A stretch of DNA of 64,000 bases from an uncultured Methanomicrobiaceae archaeon (GTDB lineage: Archaea > Halobacteriota > Methanomicrobia > Methanomicrobiales > Methanoculleaceae): positions 1,184,001-1,248,000 of the forward strand of contig CAWGXH010000004.1 in the NCBI GenBank assembly GCA_963826525.1, given 5' to 3'. Positions within the stretch are counted from its first letter, which is position 1. Every line of letters starts with the position of its first letter. The notes under the pieces are model-generated. The model was not told the DNA's origin. It ran no database searches and saw only the letters and a program-made list of their open reading frames with translations. Made by a program: the position numbers and the translations under genes. Below are positions 9,670 to 20,292 of this stretch, one piece after another.

Positions 9670-11922
9670 ATGCAGTCCCCTTTCGAACTTGCCGCCGGAG
9701 CCATAACCCGGCGACCCGCACTGATCGCCGGGATGGTCGTCTGCCTTCTTCTTCTTGCCTTCTACGGCATGACGTTGACGAGCATGCAGACCGGGTATGA
9801 GACCTACGTCGATCTCGACACCGAGCGGGGTATCCTGCTTGAGAAGTATACCGGGACATTCCAGTCCGATAGTCTCATGGTCCTCGTCGAGGGCGACGAT
9901 GTCCTCGACCCCGCGGCGCTCTCGTACCTCGACGATCTCGGCGCCGAGATACGCACCGAACAGTACGTGCGGAGCGTCAGCAGCATCGCCGATCTCGCCC
10001 GTGATGCGAACGGAGGCGCTCTTCCCACGTCGTACGCCGATATCGGGGTTGTAAAAGAGCGGATACCGGCAGAGGTGCTCTCCCGCTACGTCCCCTCCAA
10101 TATGATGACCATTGCGGTGGTCACCCTTGACCCGGGACTGAACCAAGCCTCCCAGAACCAGGTCATCACTGCGTTGAACTCCCGGATCGCCCTCTCCGAC
10201 GTACCGGCGGGCGTGCACGTGGTCGTCACCGGCAGCGCCGCGTTCAACCAGCAGATGAGCCAGGAGATGGGGACCAGCATGGGCACCCTCATCGGTGCGG
10301 CCATGCTCCTGATGGTGCTGGCCGTCGGGCTGCTCTTCGGGCACGTCCGCTACCGCCTCCTCTCGGTCGCGATCGTCGCCGCCGGCCTGATCATCACCTT
10401 CGGGTTCATCGGCCTCTCCGGAATGAAGATCAACATGGTCACGATCGCCGCCTTCCCGGTGCTCATAGGGATCGGCATCGACTACGCCATCCAGTTCCAC
10501 TCCCGGTTCGACGAAGAGGCACGGAAGGGGTCGCTTTCCGATGCCGTCCGAAACACCGTCACGAAAGCCGGCCCTGCCGTCCTGTATGCGATGCTCGCGA
10601 CCTCCATGGGCTTTATCGCCATGTGGATCTCGCCGCTTCCGATGATCCGGAGTTTCGGGCAGGTCTGCGTGATCGGCGTGGTCTCCTGCTACCTTGCCGC
10701 TATCGTCATCGTTCCCGTGGCCGGCCTGCTGCTGAACTACCAACCGAAACCGAGATCCGGGTCGTCCTCCGTCCCGACACGGCGTTCCGCCGTCGATCGG
10801 TATGACGAGGGGATCGGTTCCGTCGTCGAGACGGTTGCAAAGCATTCCATTCCGGTTCTCCTCATCTGCGGTCTCGTCGCGCTCGGAGGCTGGTATATCG
10901 ACGGCGAGATCACGGTCAATACCAATGAGGATACCTTCGTACCGCCCGATATGCCTGCCCTGATCGACCTGAACAAAGTCTCACGGGCGATGGGCGCGAC
11001 GTCGGGAATGCCCGTCTTCATCAGGGGGACGGATGTCCTCGACCTCGATACCGTCAGGTGGATGCAGGAGTTCGGGGAGTACGAGGCGACGCACAACAGC
11101 CAGGTAACCGGCGTGCGGAGCATCGCCGACGTCGTCCTCCGGTATAACGGCGGAGAGATGCCGTCGTCCGATGCCGAACTTGCGGCAGTCCTCGACCGGA
11201 TCCCGGAGGAGGAGAAGAAACCGTACGTGAACGGCAGATCCGAGGCAATCCTCGAGCTCTTCACCGTGGAGATGGAGAACGACGCCGGGATGTCATTTAT
11301 CGGGCAGATGGAGAAGGAACTCGCATGGCTCCCGCCGCCGCCGGGCGTGACCGCGACGATCACCGGGACGGGGGAGATGTTCACGAATCTGATCACCGAG
11401 ATCCGGGAGGGAAAACTCGAGATGACCCTGCTCGGGTTCGGGATGATCTTCGGGCTCCTCTTCCTGGTCTTCAGGCGGGTCGGGCGTGCCGGTACACCCC
11501 TCGTCCCGATCGTCCTGATCGTCGGCTGGAACGGCCTGATCATGTACATGCTCGGCATCGACTATACGCCGATGACCGCCACGCTCGGATCGATGACGAT
11601 CGGCGTGGCATCGGAGTATACCATCCTGATCATGGAGCGGTACTACGAAGAGTGTGAAAACGGCCTCTCCGGGCTTGCCGCCATCCGGCAGAGCGTCCAG
11701 AAGATCGGGACAGCGATCACGGTCTCGGGGATGACGACGATCCTCGGGTTCTCGGCGCTGATGCTCTCCACCTTCGGCATCATCAGCAACTTCGGGATCC
11801 TCACGGTCATCTCGGTGGGGTTCGCCCTGATCGGGGCGATCATCATCATGCCGGCGATCCTGACGCTCGTCGGATCGCTGGAGCGCCGGTGGGGCAGATC
11901 GGATACGGAGACTACCGCCTGA
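9670..11922 (+). CDS. RND superfamily exporter, HAE3/MMPL type (COG1033)
   Basis: Two-fold 1+5 TM repeat, GIGIDYAIQFHSRFDEE and GVASEYTILIMERY motifs. Confidence 0.93.
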   Translation: MQSPFELAAGAITRRPALIAGMVVCLLLLAFYGMTLTSMQTGYETYVDLDTERGILLEKYTGTFQSDSLMVLVEGDDVLDPAALSYLDDLGAEIRTEQYVRSVSSIADLARDANGGALPTSYADIGVVKERIPAEVLSRYVPSNMMTIAVVTLDPGLNQASQNQVITALNSRIALSDVPAGVHVVVTGSAAFNQQMSQEMGTSMGTLIGAAMLLMVLAVGLLFGHVRYRLLSVAIVAAGLIITFGFIGLSGMKINMVTIAAFPVLIGIGIDYAIQFHSRFDEEARKGSLSDAVRNTVTKAGPAVLYAMLATSMGFIAMWISPLPMIRSFGQVCVIGVVSCYLAAIVIVPVAGLLLNYQPKPRSGSSSVPTRRSAVDRYDEGIGSVVETVAKHSIPVLLICGLVALGGWYIDGEITVNTNEDTFVPPDMPALIDLNKVSRAMGATSGMPVFIRGTDVLDLDTVRWMQEFGEYEATHNSQVTGVRSIADVVLRYNGGEMPSSDAELAAVLDRIPEEEKKPYVNGRSEAILELFTVEMENDAGMSFIGQMEKELAWLPPPPGVTATITGTGEMFTNLITEIREGKLEMTLLGFGMIFGLLFLVFRRVGRAGTPLVPIVLIVGWNGLIMYMLGIDYTPMTATLGSMTIGVASEYTILIMERYYEECENGLSGLAAIRQSVQKIGTAITVSGMTTILGFSALMLSTFGIISNFGILTVISVGFALIGAIIIMPAILTLVGSLERRWGRSDTETTA

Positions 11923-11949
11923 GCGGTACGACCTCTCTCTCTTCTCTTT

Positions 11950-12660
11950 TTAACGCCGCCCGACCGGCATGACGGCGAGCGGCGTCTCGTTCTCCGTCAT
12001 CCCCGTGATCCGCCGGAGAGCCGTTTCATCGAATGCCCCGATAATGACCGTTCCGAGACCGAGCGACTCTGCCTGCAGGTAGATGTTCTCTGCGGCATGC
12101 CCCGTCTCGATCTGAACGTAACGGACTCCCCGCTCCCCATACTTCCCGTCCGTCCGCTCATAGACTCCAGCGATGACGATATCCGCCGCTGCGTCGGACG
12201 CAGCCTCCTGACCGACGGCGGCCTCTGCAAGCTCGCCCCGGAGATCCCCCTGCCGTAGCAGGGTGAGGCGGTGCCCGTCGGGGATATAGTGGTAGACGCC
12301 GGCCGGCAGCTGCTCGACGTTGCCTGCCACGACGTATACCTCGAGTGGATAGAGCGCGCCGGCAGACGGCGCACTCCGGTGCCCCTCCGAACCGGTGACA
12401 CCCTGTGCCGCCCAGAGCAGCTGCGAGAGCTCCGCGAGCGTGATCGGTTCCCCGGTGTACTCCCTGATGGAACGGCGATTCGCGATCGCCTCTTCTACCG
12501 AGGTGGCGCTCTCCGTCCGGGGAGCGGGAAGTTCTATCGTTTCGTTTCCTCTCCCTGAGTGACTGGCGTTTCCGTCGTTCTCAAGGCCGTTCCCCATGCA
12601 GCCCGCCGCCGCCACGACAGCCAGAACTGCGATGACGAGCAGACCGGCATGTATCGTCAC
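11950..12660 (-). CDS. SagB/ThcOx-type nitroreductase-family dehydrogenase with lipoprotein-like signal peptide
   Basis: RRSIREY, LSQLLWAAQG, RSAPSAGALYP, ETGHAAENIYLQA; N-terminal hydrophobic stretch ending AAAGC. Confidence 0.88.
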   Translation of the reverse strand: MTIHAGLLVIAVLAVVAAAGCMGNGLENDGNASHSGRGNETIELPAPRTESATSVEEAIANRRSIREYTGEPITLAELSQLLWAAQGVTGSEGHRSAPSAGALYPLEVYVVAGNVEQLPAGVYHYIPDGHRLTLLRQGDLRGELAEAAVGQEAASDAAADIVIAGVYERTDGKYGERGVRYVQIETGHAAENIYLQAESLGLGTVIIGAFDETALRRITGMTENETPLAVMPVGRR

Positions 12661-12669
12661 GGCCTGCCC

Positions 12670-13619
12670 TCAGATCTTCGTGATCCTGCTTACTTTTCGT
12701 TCCTCCGCGATATGCTCGTCCCTGCCGAAGGGGTGGCCGCCGAATCCGTGCCGCATCAGCGCGATTGACCGGCGGGTATCGTTGTCCTTCTCCCGGGACT
12801 CGAAGAGCTCCATGATCGCGATCGCCGTGATGGGAATCGGCACCTCCCACTGGATGGCGGTCTCCACAAGCCAGTTCACCTCGCCGGTATCTTCAACGTA
12901 ACTCTCGATGGATTCGATGCTCCGTTCGCCGAGTCCCTGCTCCATCAGCTCGACGAGCCAGCTCCGGATCACCGATCCGTGCGCCCAGTTGTGGAAGATG
13001 GCACGGAGATCGAGGTCGAACTGGCCGCAGCCCCGCATCAGCGAGACGCCTTCGCCGATCGCCTGCAGCATCCCGAACTCGATCCCGTTGTGGACGAGTT
13101 TGACGAAGTGGCCGCTCCCCGGCTTTCCGGTATATACAAGCCCTTCTGCGACGGCGAGTTTTCGAGGACAGGTTTTGCGATCCGGAACCCTTCCTCCGGT
13201 CCGCCGACCATGAAGCATGCTCCGTGCCGGGCGCCCGTGATTCCGCCGCTCGTGCCGCAGTCGAGGAAGTGGATGCCCTTCTCTGCACACTCCTTCTCCC
13301 GTGCCATGGAGTCGAGGTAGAAGGAGTTGCCGCCGTCCATAACGACGTCGCCCCGGTCGAGGTGCGGCAGGAGTCCGGCAAGGACATCATCGACAGGCGG
13401 CCCTGCCGGAACGGAGAGGTAGATCACCCGCGGAGGTCTGAGGAGCGAGGCAAAATCCGGATAACTCCCGGCAAATCGCACCCCTTGCTCTTCGAGTTCG
13501 GGCTTTTCGTGGTGGGCGGTTCCGACCACCACGATTCCCTTCTCTGCCGCCTGCACCGCGAGATTTCCGCCCATCTTGCCGAGCCCGACGATGCCGAGCT
13601 GCATCTGCTCTTCTGCCAT
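12670..13619 (-). CDS. gnd: 6-phosphogluconate dehydrogenase, short decarboxylating GntZ/YqeC type; indel near 13165
   Basis: GLGKMG, DGGNS, DCGTSGG, GSGHFVKLVHNGIEFG, WAHGSVIRSWL, ALMRHGFGGH. Confidence 0.9.
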
Positions 13620-13688
13620 CCCGATCCCCAACGGCCCGATACCGGTCAGCGGGGTGATAAACGTAACGGCAGGGGGATCCTGTTCCGG

Positions 13689-15168
13689 CTACCGCTCTTT
13701 CTTCTTCTGGTTCTGGATGGTCGAGAACGGGAACTTGACGAGGTCGCGAAGACCCCCCGCGGGAGAGAAGTTCCGCATATCCCGCCGCACCTCGGATATG
13801 AGTTCGTCGACGATGACATGCTCTTTCGCCTCCCCTTCCTCGCCCACCAGCGCCAGGCGGTGCAGGGAGTAGAGGCCGATGAGGAAGGCAAAGAAGAAGA
13901 AAAAGTCCCACTGCTGAAGGTCGAGGGTGACGAAGGCGATCTCCCTGACCGGGTCTTTCCAGATGAGCGTCCAGATAAGCTCCCGCTCGGCGAAGAAGTC
14001 CACGAACAGTCCGCCGAGGATGGGTGCGATCCCCGCTGCGACCGAGTTTGCGAAGGTGCTCGCGGCGAGGTAACTGGTGGCCTGGCCCTGCGGTGCCATC
14101 TTGAGGCTGATGTTTCCCGATGCCAGCGAGACGCCGGCGAGGGAGATTCCCATGACGATGTGGATCGCGACGATGAGCGGTATCGTCAGGACGTAGACGT
14201 CCGGCAGGGTGGTGAACGTCCAGGCGAGGATAGTGATCATGAAGAGCGGCCCGCTCACCGCGAGGACGGACTTGTTGCTGAACCGGTCGGCAATCCGTCC
14301 CCAGGATCGGAAGAAGACGATGTTCATGATCTGGCTGACGATACCGAGAATGATGACGGTCGAAAGATCGAGCCCGATGCGCTGGAGCATGTACACGGTG
14401 AAGAATGGGGCGGCGAGGTTCACGGCGAAGTTCCAGGATCCGAGGAAGACGATCAGGTTTCTGAAGTTGAGGTCGCGAAACGGCTTTGCGATGATCGAGA
14501 GCAGCCCGACCCCCTCTCCTGCAACGACCATCCGGGGCTCGGGGGTGGCGGCGAGAAAGTAGATGCCGACGATACCGGCGACGAGACCGAGTGCGAAGAG
14601 GATTGAGTAGCCGTACCGTGATCCCCTCCGGGAAGAGGCCGCCCCAGTAGTCGATGAAGAAACCGGCGACGAGGCTGATGACGAGTGCAAGTCCGGTCGA
14701 GAGCGCCATTCTCCGCGAGAAAAACGTCCCGAGCTCTTTCTGCGGGATGAGATCGCGCATCCAGGAATTCCATCCGCAGTGCGAGACCGCCGAGAACGAC
14801 GAGTACAGGACGATGCAGGAGATAAGAGCGATGATCCCCAGCTCCGGAGAGAGGAAGAACGGGATCAGGATGATCGGTACCCAGAAAAGCCGGCCGATGC
14901 CGGATGCGAGGACGACGACGAGCCGCCGGTTCCGCACCCTGTCGACGATGTAGATGGACGGGATCTGCAGGAGTTCTGCGAGCGGTGGAATCGCTGCGAG
15001 AAGCCCGATGACCGTATTCGGCGCCCCGAGCTCGAGAGCAAAGGCTACGAGAAAGATACCGCCGGTCAGCGTCACCATGGCCTGCGTGGCAATGCCGTCG
15101 CGGGTGACCCATTTAAGGCCGCGCTGAATATCGTCGTCTGTGAGGGTCTCTTTCGTCTCGAGTACCAT
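13689..15168 (-). CDS. MFS transporter; indel near 14620
   Basis: Two hydrophobic ORFs joining into about 12 TMs; WNSWMRDLIP, WGRIADRFSNK (motif A-like). Confidence 0.85.
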
Positions 15169-15458
15169 GCTTCCACCTGCTCGCCGGGGTGCCCGCTGCC
15201 TCCTGTCCGCTCGCATGCCTATCCGAACGACCATCTGCGCCGATCCGGGCTGAATGCTTCGCGTTTTGGGTCTCCCCCGGTATCGGGGTGAGCGGAGCGA
15301 GTGTCCTTTGTATAAAAATCACATTATATTAATCTGCCCCAGCCCACACTCGCTATTTTTGATGAGTTTATGCAAATATAGGCTCATTATCTGGTTATCT
15401 GATCCGGCGGTACCCGGAGAGGCGCAGGGAGACTGAGACGGCCACCCTGCTCCCGCGT

Positions 15459-16271
15459 TTACCCCTGTGACGACCATGCCGTCCGGAAGTCGGGGTAGAG
15501 CGTCAGGCCGCCGCATGCGTAGATTGTCTGTCCGGTGACGTAGGAGGAATCGTCGGATGCGAGGAAGGCGAATACCGCAGCAATCTCCTCCGGGGTGCCC
15601 GCGCGGCCTACCGGAATATGGCTCTCCACGAGCGCTCTTTTCTCCGGGGCGTCGAGCCACGCCCTGTTTATCGGCGTCTCGATCGCCCCGGGCCCGACGG
15701 CGTTGACGCGGATTCCCCGTGAAGCGTACTCGAGTGCGAGCGTCCGGGTGAGGTTTCCCACTCCTGCCTTGCTGATGGCGTAAGAGGTATAATGTGGCTT
15801 TGGGATGATCTGATGGACGGAAGAGTTGTTGATGATGATGCCGCCGCCGCCTCGTGCAAGGAAGTGCCTGATCGCTTCCCGTGCGCAGAGGAACGCACCG
15901 TGAAGGTTGACGCCGAGGACGCTGTCGTAGTCGGCAACCGTCACCTCCTCGGTCGGCCCGGCCTTCTGGATTCCCGCGTTGTTCACCAGGATATCGATCC
16001 TGCCCCACGCATCGATGACGTCGCCGAACATTCCTACAATCTCTGCCTCATCGGCTACGTCGGCTTTGACCACCATCTCTTTGCACCCCTGCTCCCGGAT
16101 CTTCCTGCAGGCTTCGTGAACCTCGTCTTCGGTGATCTCCGCTTTTTCTCTGCCCGAATGGTAGTTGATGGCGACGTTCGCCCCTTCCTCTGAGAAGCGG
16201 ATGGCAATTGCCCGACCGATACCGGTTGAGCCGCCCGTTATCAGTGCATACTTCCCTTCGAGTCTCCTCAT
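15459..16271 (-). CDS. gdh: Glucose 1-dehydrogenase-like SDR oxidoreductase
   Basis: TGGSTGIG, NNAGIQ, NSSVHQIIP, YAISK, VGPGAIETPIN, GGLTLYPDF: signature of Bacillus-type glucose 1-dehydrogenases. Confidence 0.82.
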   Translation of the reverse strand: MRRLEGKYALITGGSTGIGRAIAIRFSEEGANVAINYHSGREKAEITEDEVHEACRKIREQGCKEMVVKADVADEAEIVGMFGDVIDAWGRIDILVNNAGIQKAGPTEEVTVADYDSVLGVNLHGAFLCAREAIRHFLARGGGGIIINNSSVHQIIPKPHYTSYAISKAGVGNLTRTLALEYASRGIRVNAVGPGAIETPINRAWLDAPEKRALVESHIPVGRAGTPEEIAAVFAFLASDDSSYVTGQTIYACGGLTLYPDFRTAWSSQG

Positions 16272-16388
16272 GGCCGTTACTCCCCGGGCGGCTGTGTGGC
16301 TTTCAGCTGACTTATGTATATCCCCCGGAGCTCGCCGCGCGATACGGGTCGTCAACAAAAAGAGATCCGATCTATTCGGGACTGCCGC

Positions 16389-16730
16389 TCACCGTTTCCC
16401 GAGCTCCTGATCGAGTGCCTGCAGATCGCCCCCTGCCGCACGGGTCTTTCCAAGGACGCTCTCTGCCGACTCTTCTTCCTCGACCTGCTCTTTGACGAAC
16501 CAGCGGAGCACCTCCTGTGCCTCACGGTCGTTCTCCTCCTCGGCAATCCGCACCAGGTTGTTGATGAGCCCGGTCACCCGCTGCTCGTGTTTGTACGTCT
16601 CGTCGAAGACCTTCTCGGGCGTTGCCCAGTCGGATGGGGGGGCGTCGATCGGGAGCAGCCGGATGCGATACTCCCGCGAGGCGAGATGGTCGAAGATCTT
16701 CATCGCATGCAAGGTCTCCTCCTCCGTTGC
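16389..16730 (-). pseudogene. ftn: N-terminally truncated non-heme ferritin (FtnA type)
   Basis: EEETLHAMKIFDHL, HEQRVT..IN, LRWFVKEQVEEE, LDQELGKR; no room for helix A before the stop of the upstream beta-subunit gene. Confidence 0.8.
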
Positions 16731-16746
16731 GACCTCCGGGAGGCGG

Positions 16747-17626
16747 TCAGCGATACTCCTCGAGGAGGGCGCGGATCGCCTCCTCTCGCGGACGTTTGCG
16801 CTCCTCGGGATGCCGGAACTTCTCAGCGAAGATGGGCATCTTCCGGTCGTAGAACGTCCCGAGGGGGATGCGGGTCTTTGAGGTGTAGTCCCACTCGCGA
16901 GCCTTTGCGAGCGCCTGATCGAAATCCGCCGTCTCGACTCCCTCGAGTTCGTAGACCTGGTCGTTGTAGCAGTCCGTTCGGTTGAAGTAGGTCGCGCAGA
17001 TCTGCAGCACCTCCACGAACGAGAAGCCTTCGTGCAGGATTGCGTCCTTGAACGTCTGCTTTAAGGCTTTGAGCCTCTTGGTGTATCCCCGGGATACGAA
17101 CGTCGCTCCGCTCACCAGCATCAGTTCGAGGGGGTTTAATGGGCGTTCCGCAATCCCGTCCGGCGTGGAGCGACCCTTGAAGCCGTACGGCGACGTCGGC
17201 GTGTACTGGCCGGTGGTCAGGCCGTAGACGCGGTTGTCGTGGACGATAACCGTGATATCCGCATTCCGTTTCGCCGCAAAGACGAGGTGGTCGAGTCCCT
17301 CTGCATAGGTATCGCCGTCACCCACGAAGCAGATCACGTGAAAGATCCGGGTTTGCGAGTTTGATCCCGGTTGCAAGCGGGATCGCACGCCCGTGGATGG
17401 CGTAGAAACTGTTGACGTTTAAGTAATCGATCAGTTTGCCGTGGCATCCGATTCCCCCGACGATGACGAATTTTTCAAGGGGAATCCCCTCCGACTCCGA
17501 GAGTTCCGCGAGAGCGGACTTCATCATATGCTCGATCGAGAAGTTCCCGCACCCCGGACACCAGGTATTCTCTGCAGGGCTGATGAGATCGCCTGCGGGC
17601 TTCCCTGCCGGTTTTCCGTTGCTCAT
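16747..17626 (-). CDS. korB: 2-oxoacid:ferredoxin oxidoreductase beta subunit; indel near 17345
   Basis: TWCPGCGNF, GIGCHG, HGRA, GDGD...DNRVYGLTTGQ (TPP motif). Substrate specificity not determinable. Confidence 0.9.
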
Positions 17627-19283
17627 CCGATCACCTCCGCTAGTCTCCTCTCCAGTTCATCGACCGAGAACGGCCTCCCGTCGTACTTCAGCACGAGGTC
17701 GTCGACCGGAAATCCGTTCTGCCGGAGCAGCCGTGCGAGCTGCCCGGTGGCGTTATTCTCGACTGCGATAACCCGGTGCACCCCGAGCATCGCCTCACGC
17801 CACTGCCGGACGGGGAAGGGTGCGAAGATGAGCGGCCGGACGACCTTTGCCCCGAACCGTGCCGCCGCCTCGATACAGGCCGCCTTCTCCGAGCCCCAGC
17901 AGACGATCGCGACTCCCGCGTCGGGAACTCCTGCCGTTCTCGACACCCCGGAACGTCTCGAGTTCGCGGGCAAGACCTTCTGCCTTCCGGAGCGTCTTCT
18001 CCTGCATGCCGGCGACCATCGCCGCCTCCTCCGTGGTGAACCCCGCCTCGTCGTGGGCGTAACTGCTCGTCTTGATCGGGGCTATCGCTCTCCGGCGGGA
18101 ACGCGAGCGGCGAGATACCGTTTTCCGTATTCTCATACCGCCGGTAGGGATTCTTCCCGTCCGCGAGCACCGGCGCAATCTCCGGGATCGTCCCGCTCGC
18201 ATCGATCTCGAAGGTGTACGCCCCCTCCGCGAGTGTCTTATCGGTGAGGACGATCGAGGGTATCTGGTACTTCCAGGAGAGTCCGAGAGCGACGGCCGAC
18301 CAGTAGTACATCTCTTCGAGGTCTCCCGGAACGACGACGAAGCGGGGAAACTCTCCCTGGCCGGCATTCAGGGCGAAGTGGAGATCCCCCTGGGCGGTAT
18401 ACGTCGGAACGCCGGTGCTCGGGCCCGGGCGTTGCCCGAGGACGATCGTTACCGGCGTCTCGGACATCCCCGCAAGGCTCAGCCCCTCGGTCATGAGGCA
18501 GAACCCGCCTCCCGAGGTGCTCACCGCCGTCTTATCCCCCGCGTACGCAAGCCCGAGCGCCATCAGCATCACCCCGATCTCGTTCTCGGGGTGGATGACC
18601 TTCACCGAGAGGTCGCGGGCATGCTCGGCAAGAAAATGGAGGAGGTTCGAGGTGGGCGTCATCGGGTAGGCGACGAAGGTGTCGAGGCCGCCCCTGACGA
18701 GCCCGAGACCGGCCACCTGGTTACCGGTGAGTACCGGGAGGGTCGGGCGGTTCAACGGTTCGATCCGGATCACCTCGGGAGCGGCGTCGTATCCGCGGCG
18801 GGCGACCCGCAGATTGACGTCCAGGTACTTCTCCGGGATGGTCTTGCCAAAGACATCTGTCAGGATCTCCCAGGCGATCCCGGAAGCCTTGCAGAATCCT
18901 CCGATGAGGATGGAATTTTTGGTGATCTGCGGGGCGTTCTCTTCTTTCAGGATCCGATCGACGTCGAGCGGGTGTCCGGTTGCGTGCACCACCTGGTACG
19001 AATCGTAGATGACTATCGTATCGTCGCGGATCGCTTCCGTATGGCGGTCGATGCAGTTCTGATCGAGTGCCAGCAGGATATCGAAGGTGTCTCTGGTGGC
19101 ACCGATCTTCTCTTCCGCCGCCCGGATTACCGCAAAATTATGCCCGCCCCGTATCAGGGAGGGATAGTCGAAGTACATGTACACCCGGTACCCGAGGTGG
19201 TTGAGGAGGCTCGCTATCGTCAGTCCGGCCGTGTTGATTCCCTCCCCGGCTTTTCCGCCGATCATGACGCTACATTCACGCAT
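17623..19283 (-). CDS. korA: 2-oxoacid:ferredoxin oxidoreductase alpha (fused gamma-alpha) subunit; indels near 18090 and 17930
   Basis: GGKAGEGI, SLIRGGHN, YPMTP, TSGGGFCLMTE, QRPGPSTGVPT, VENNATGQL, LKYDGRPF. Confidence 0.9.
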
Positions 19284-19399
19284 GCTGATCGCGGGGCGTA
19301 CGCGGGCATCAATAATATAGTTACCCGATTGCCTGCAGGGAATACGGATTCTTCCCGGACGAGAACTCCCGGGATGCGGGAGAAAAATGGTGGGGGCTT

Positions 19400-20143
19400 T
19401 TAGCGCACGATGGGTGATGCGTTCTCGTCGAAGGGGTTCGACCGCATTGCGAGTGAGAAGAGGTACGGGTAGTTCTTCTGCATATGGTGCATATAGGCGA
19501 GCCACTGGCGCACGAGCAGCGCGTAGACTCTCTGGATATCCCCGGTGAGGTGGCGGATGTCGCTCTCCGGCAGTGCGGAAAGATCGCCTCTTCGCTCGAG
19601 CTCCTCGGTGAGGTGGAAGACGGCACGCAAAAGTTCGGTGAAGGACTCGTGTTCAAGGAGCACGGGATTTTCAAGGAGCCTAAGGAGAAAACCTCGCCGC
19701 TCCAGCAGATAGGTGCGGAGAGCCGAAAGATCGATATCTCCGACAGTAACGTCGTAGGGATACCGGAGGAGCCGGTCGTGAACGTGGGTGAACTCGTCGT
19801 CGGTCCAGTCTCCCCTGACGATGAGATCGCTCTTGATGCTGTCGAGATTCGGGTCGCGGTCGGAGAGGTATGCGAGGAGTCCTGCCCCTACTTCGGAGAA
19901 GAACGTCCCGATGACCATATTCAGCTTCTCGAGGCGCTCACGTTTCGCGCGGACACTTAAGAGCTGGTTCAGTATCAGCGTCACCAGAAGGATATTGATC
20001 GGCAGAAATCCGATTGCGTTAAATATGTACTGGTAGGTATTCAGCTCATCTCCGAGGAGGAGATACTTGGTCAGGTAGATCAGAAGGGAGATCGCGACGA
20101 GGGCGATCCCGAGGCGGGTCTCCCACTTCTGCAGTATGTTCAT
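19400..20143 (-). CDS. Conserved hypothetical membrane protein (2 N-terminal TMs + soluble helical domain)
   Basis: KLNMVIGTFFSEVG, LLENPVLLEHESFTELLRAVFHL, YPYLFSLAMRSNPFD; coherent ORF co-oriented with korAB. Confidence 0.78.
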   Translation of the reverse strand: MNILQKWETRLGIALVAISLLIYLTKYLLLGDELNTYQYIFNAIGFLPINILLVTLILNQLLSVRAKRERLEKLNMVIGTFFSEVGAGLLAYLSDRDPNLDSIKSDLIVRGDWTDDEFTHVHDRLLRYPYDVTVGDIDLSALRTYLLERRGFLLRLLENPVLLEHESFTELLRAVFHLTEELERRGDLSALPESDIRHLTGDIQRVYALLVRQWLAYMHHMQKNYPYLFSLAMRSNPFDENASPIVR

Positions 20144-20292
20144 ATGCACCATCATCTTCGGATCAGTGTGGGAGGAGGCGAGGGAAAAGGGTAGCGCTTC
20201 CTGCCGCCGTTTCGTGAAGCAGGGTGGGGTGTCCCCCCGTTCGGAGAAAAAATAGTGGGGCGGCGGTTCTGCCGCAGAGGATCGCTCCGGGG

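Noticed and set aside
15358-15405. TGATGA...CTGA as a C/D box sRNA
   Set aside because: No recognisable C'/D' pair or terminal stem; the region is AT-rich and promoter-like.
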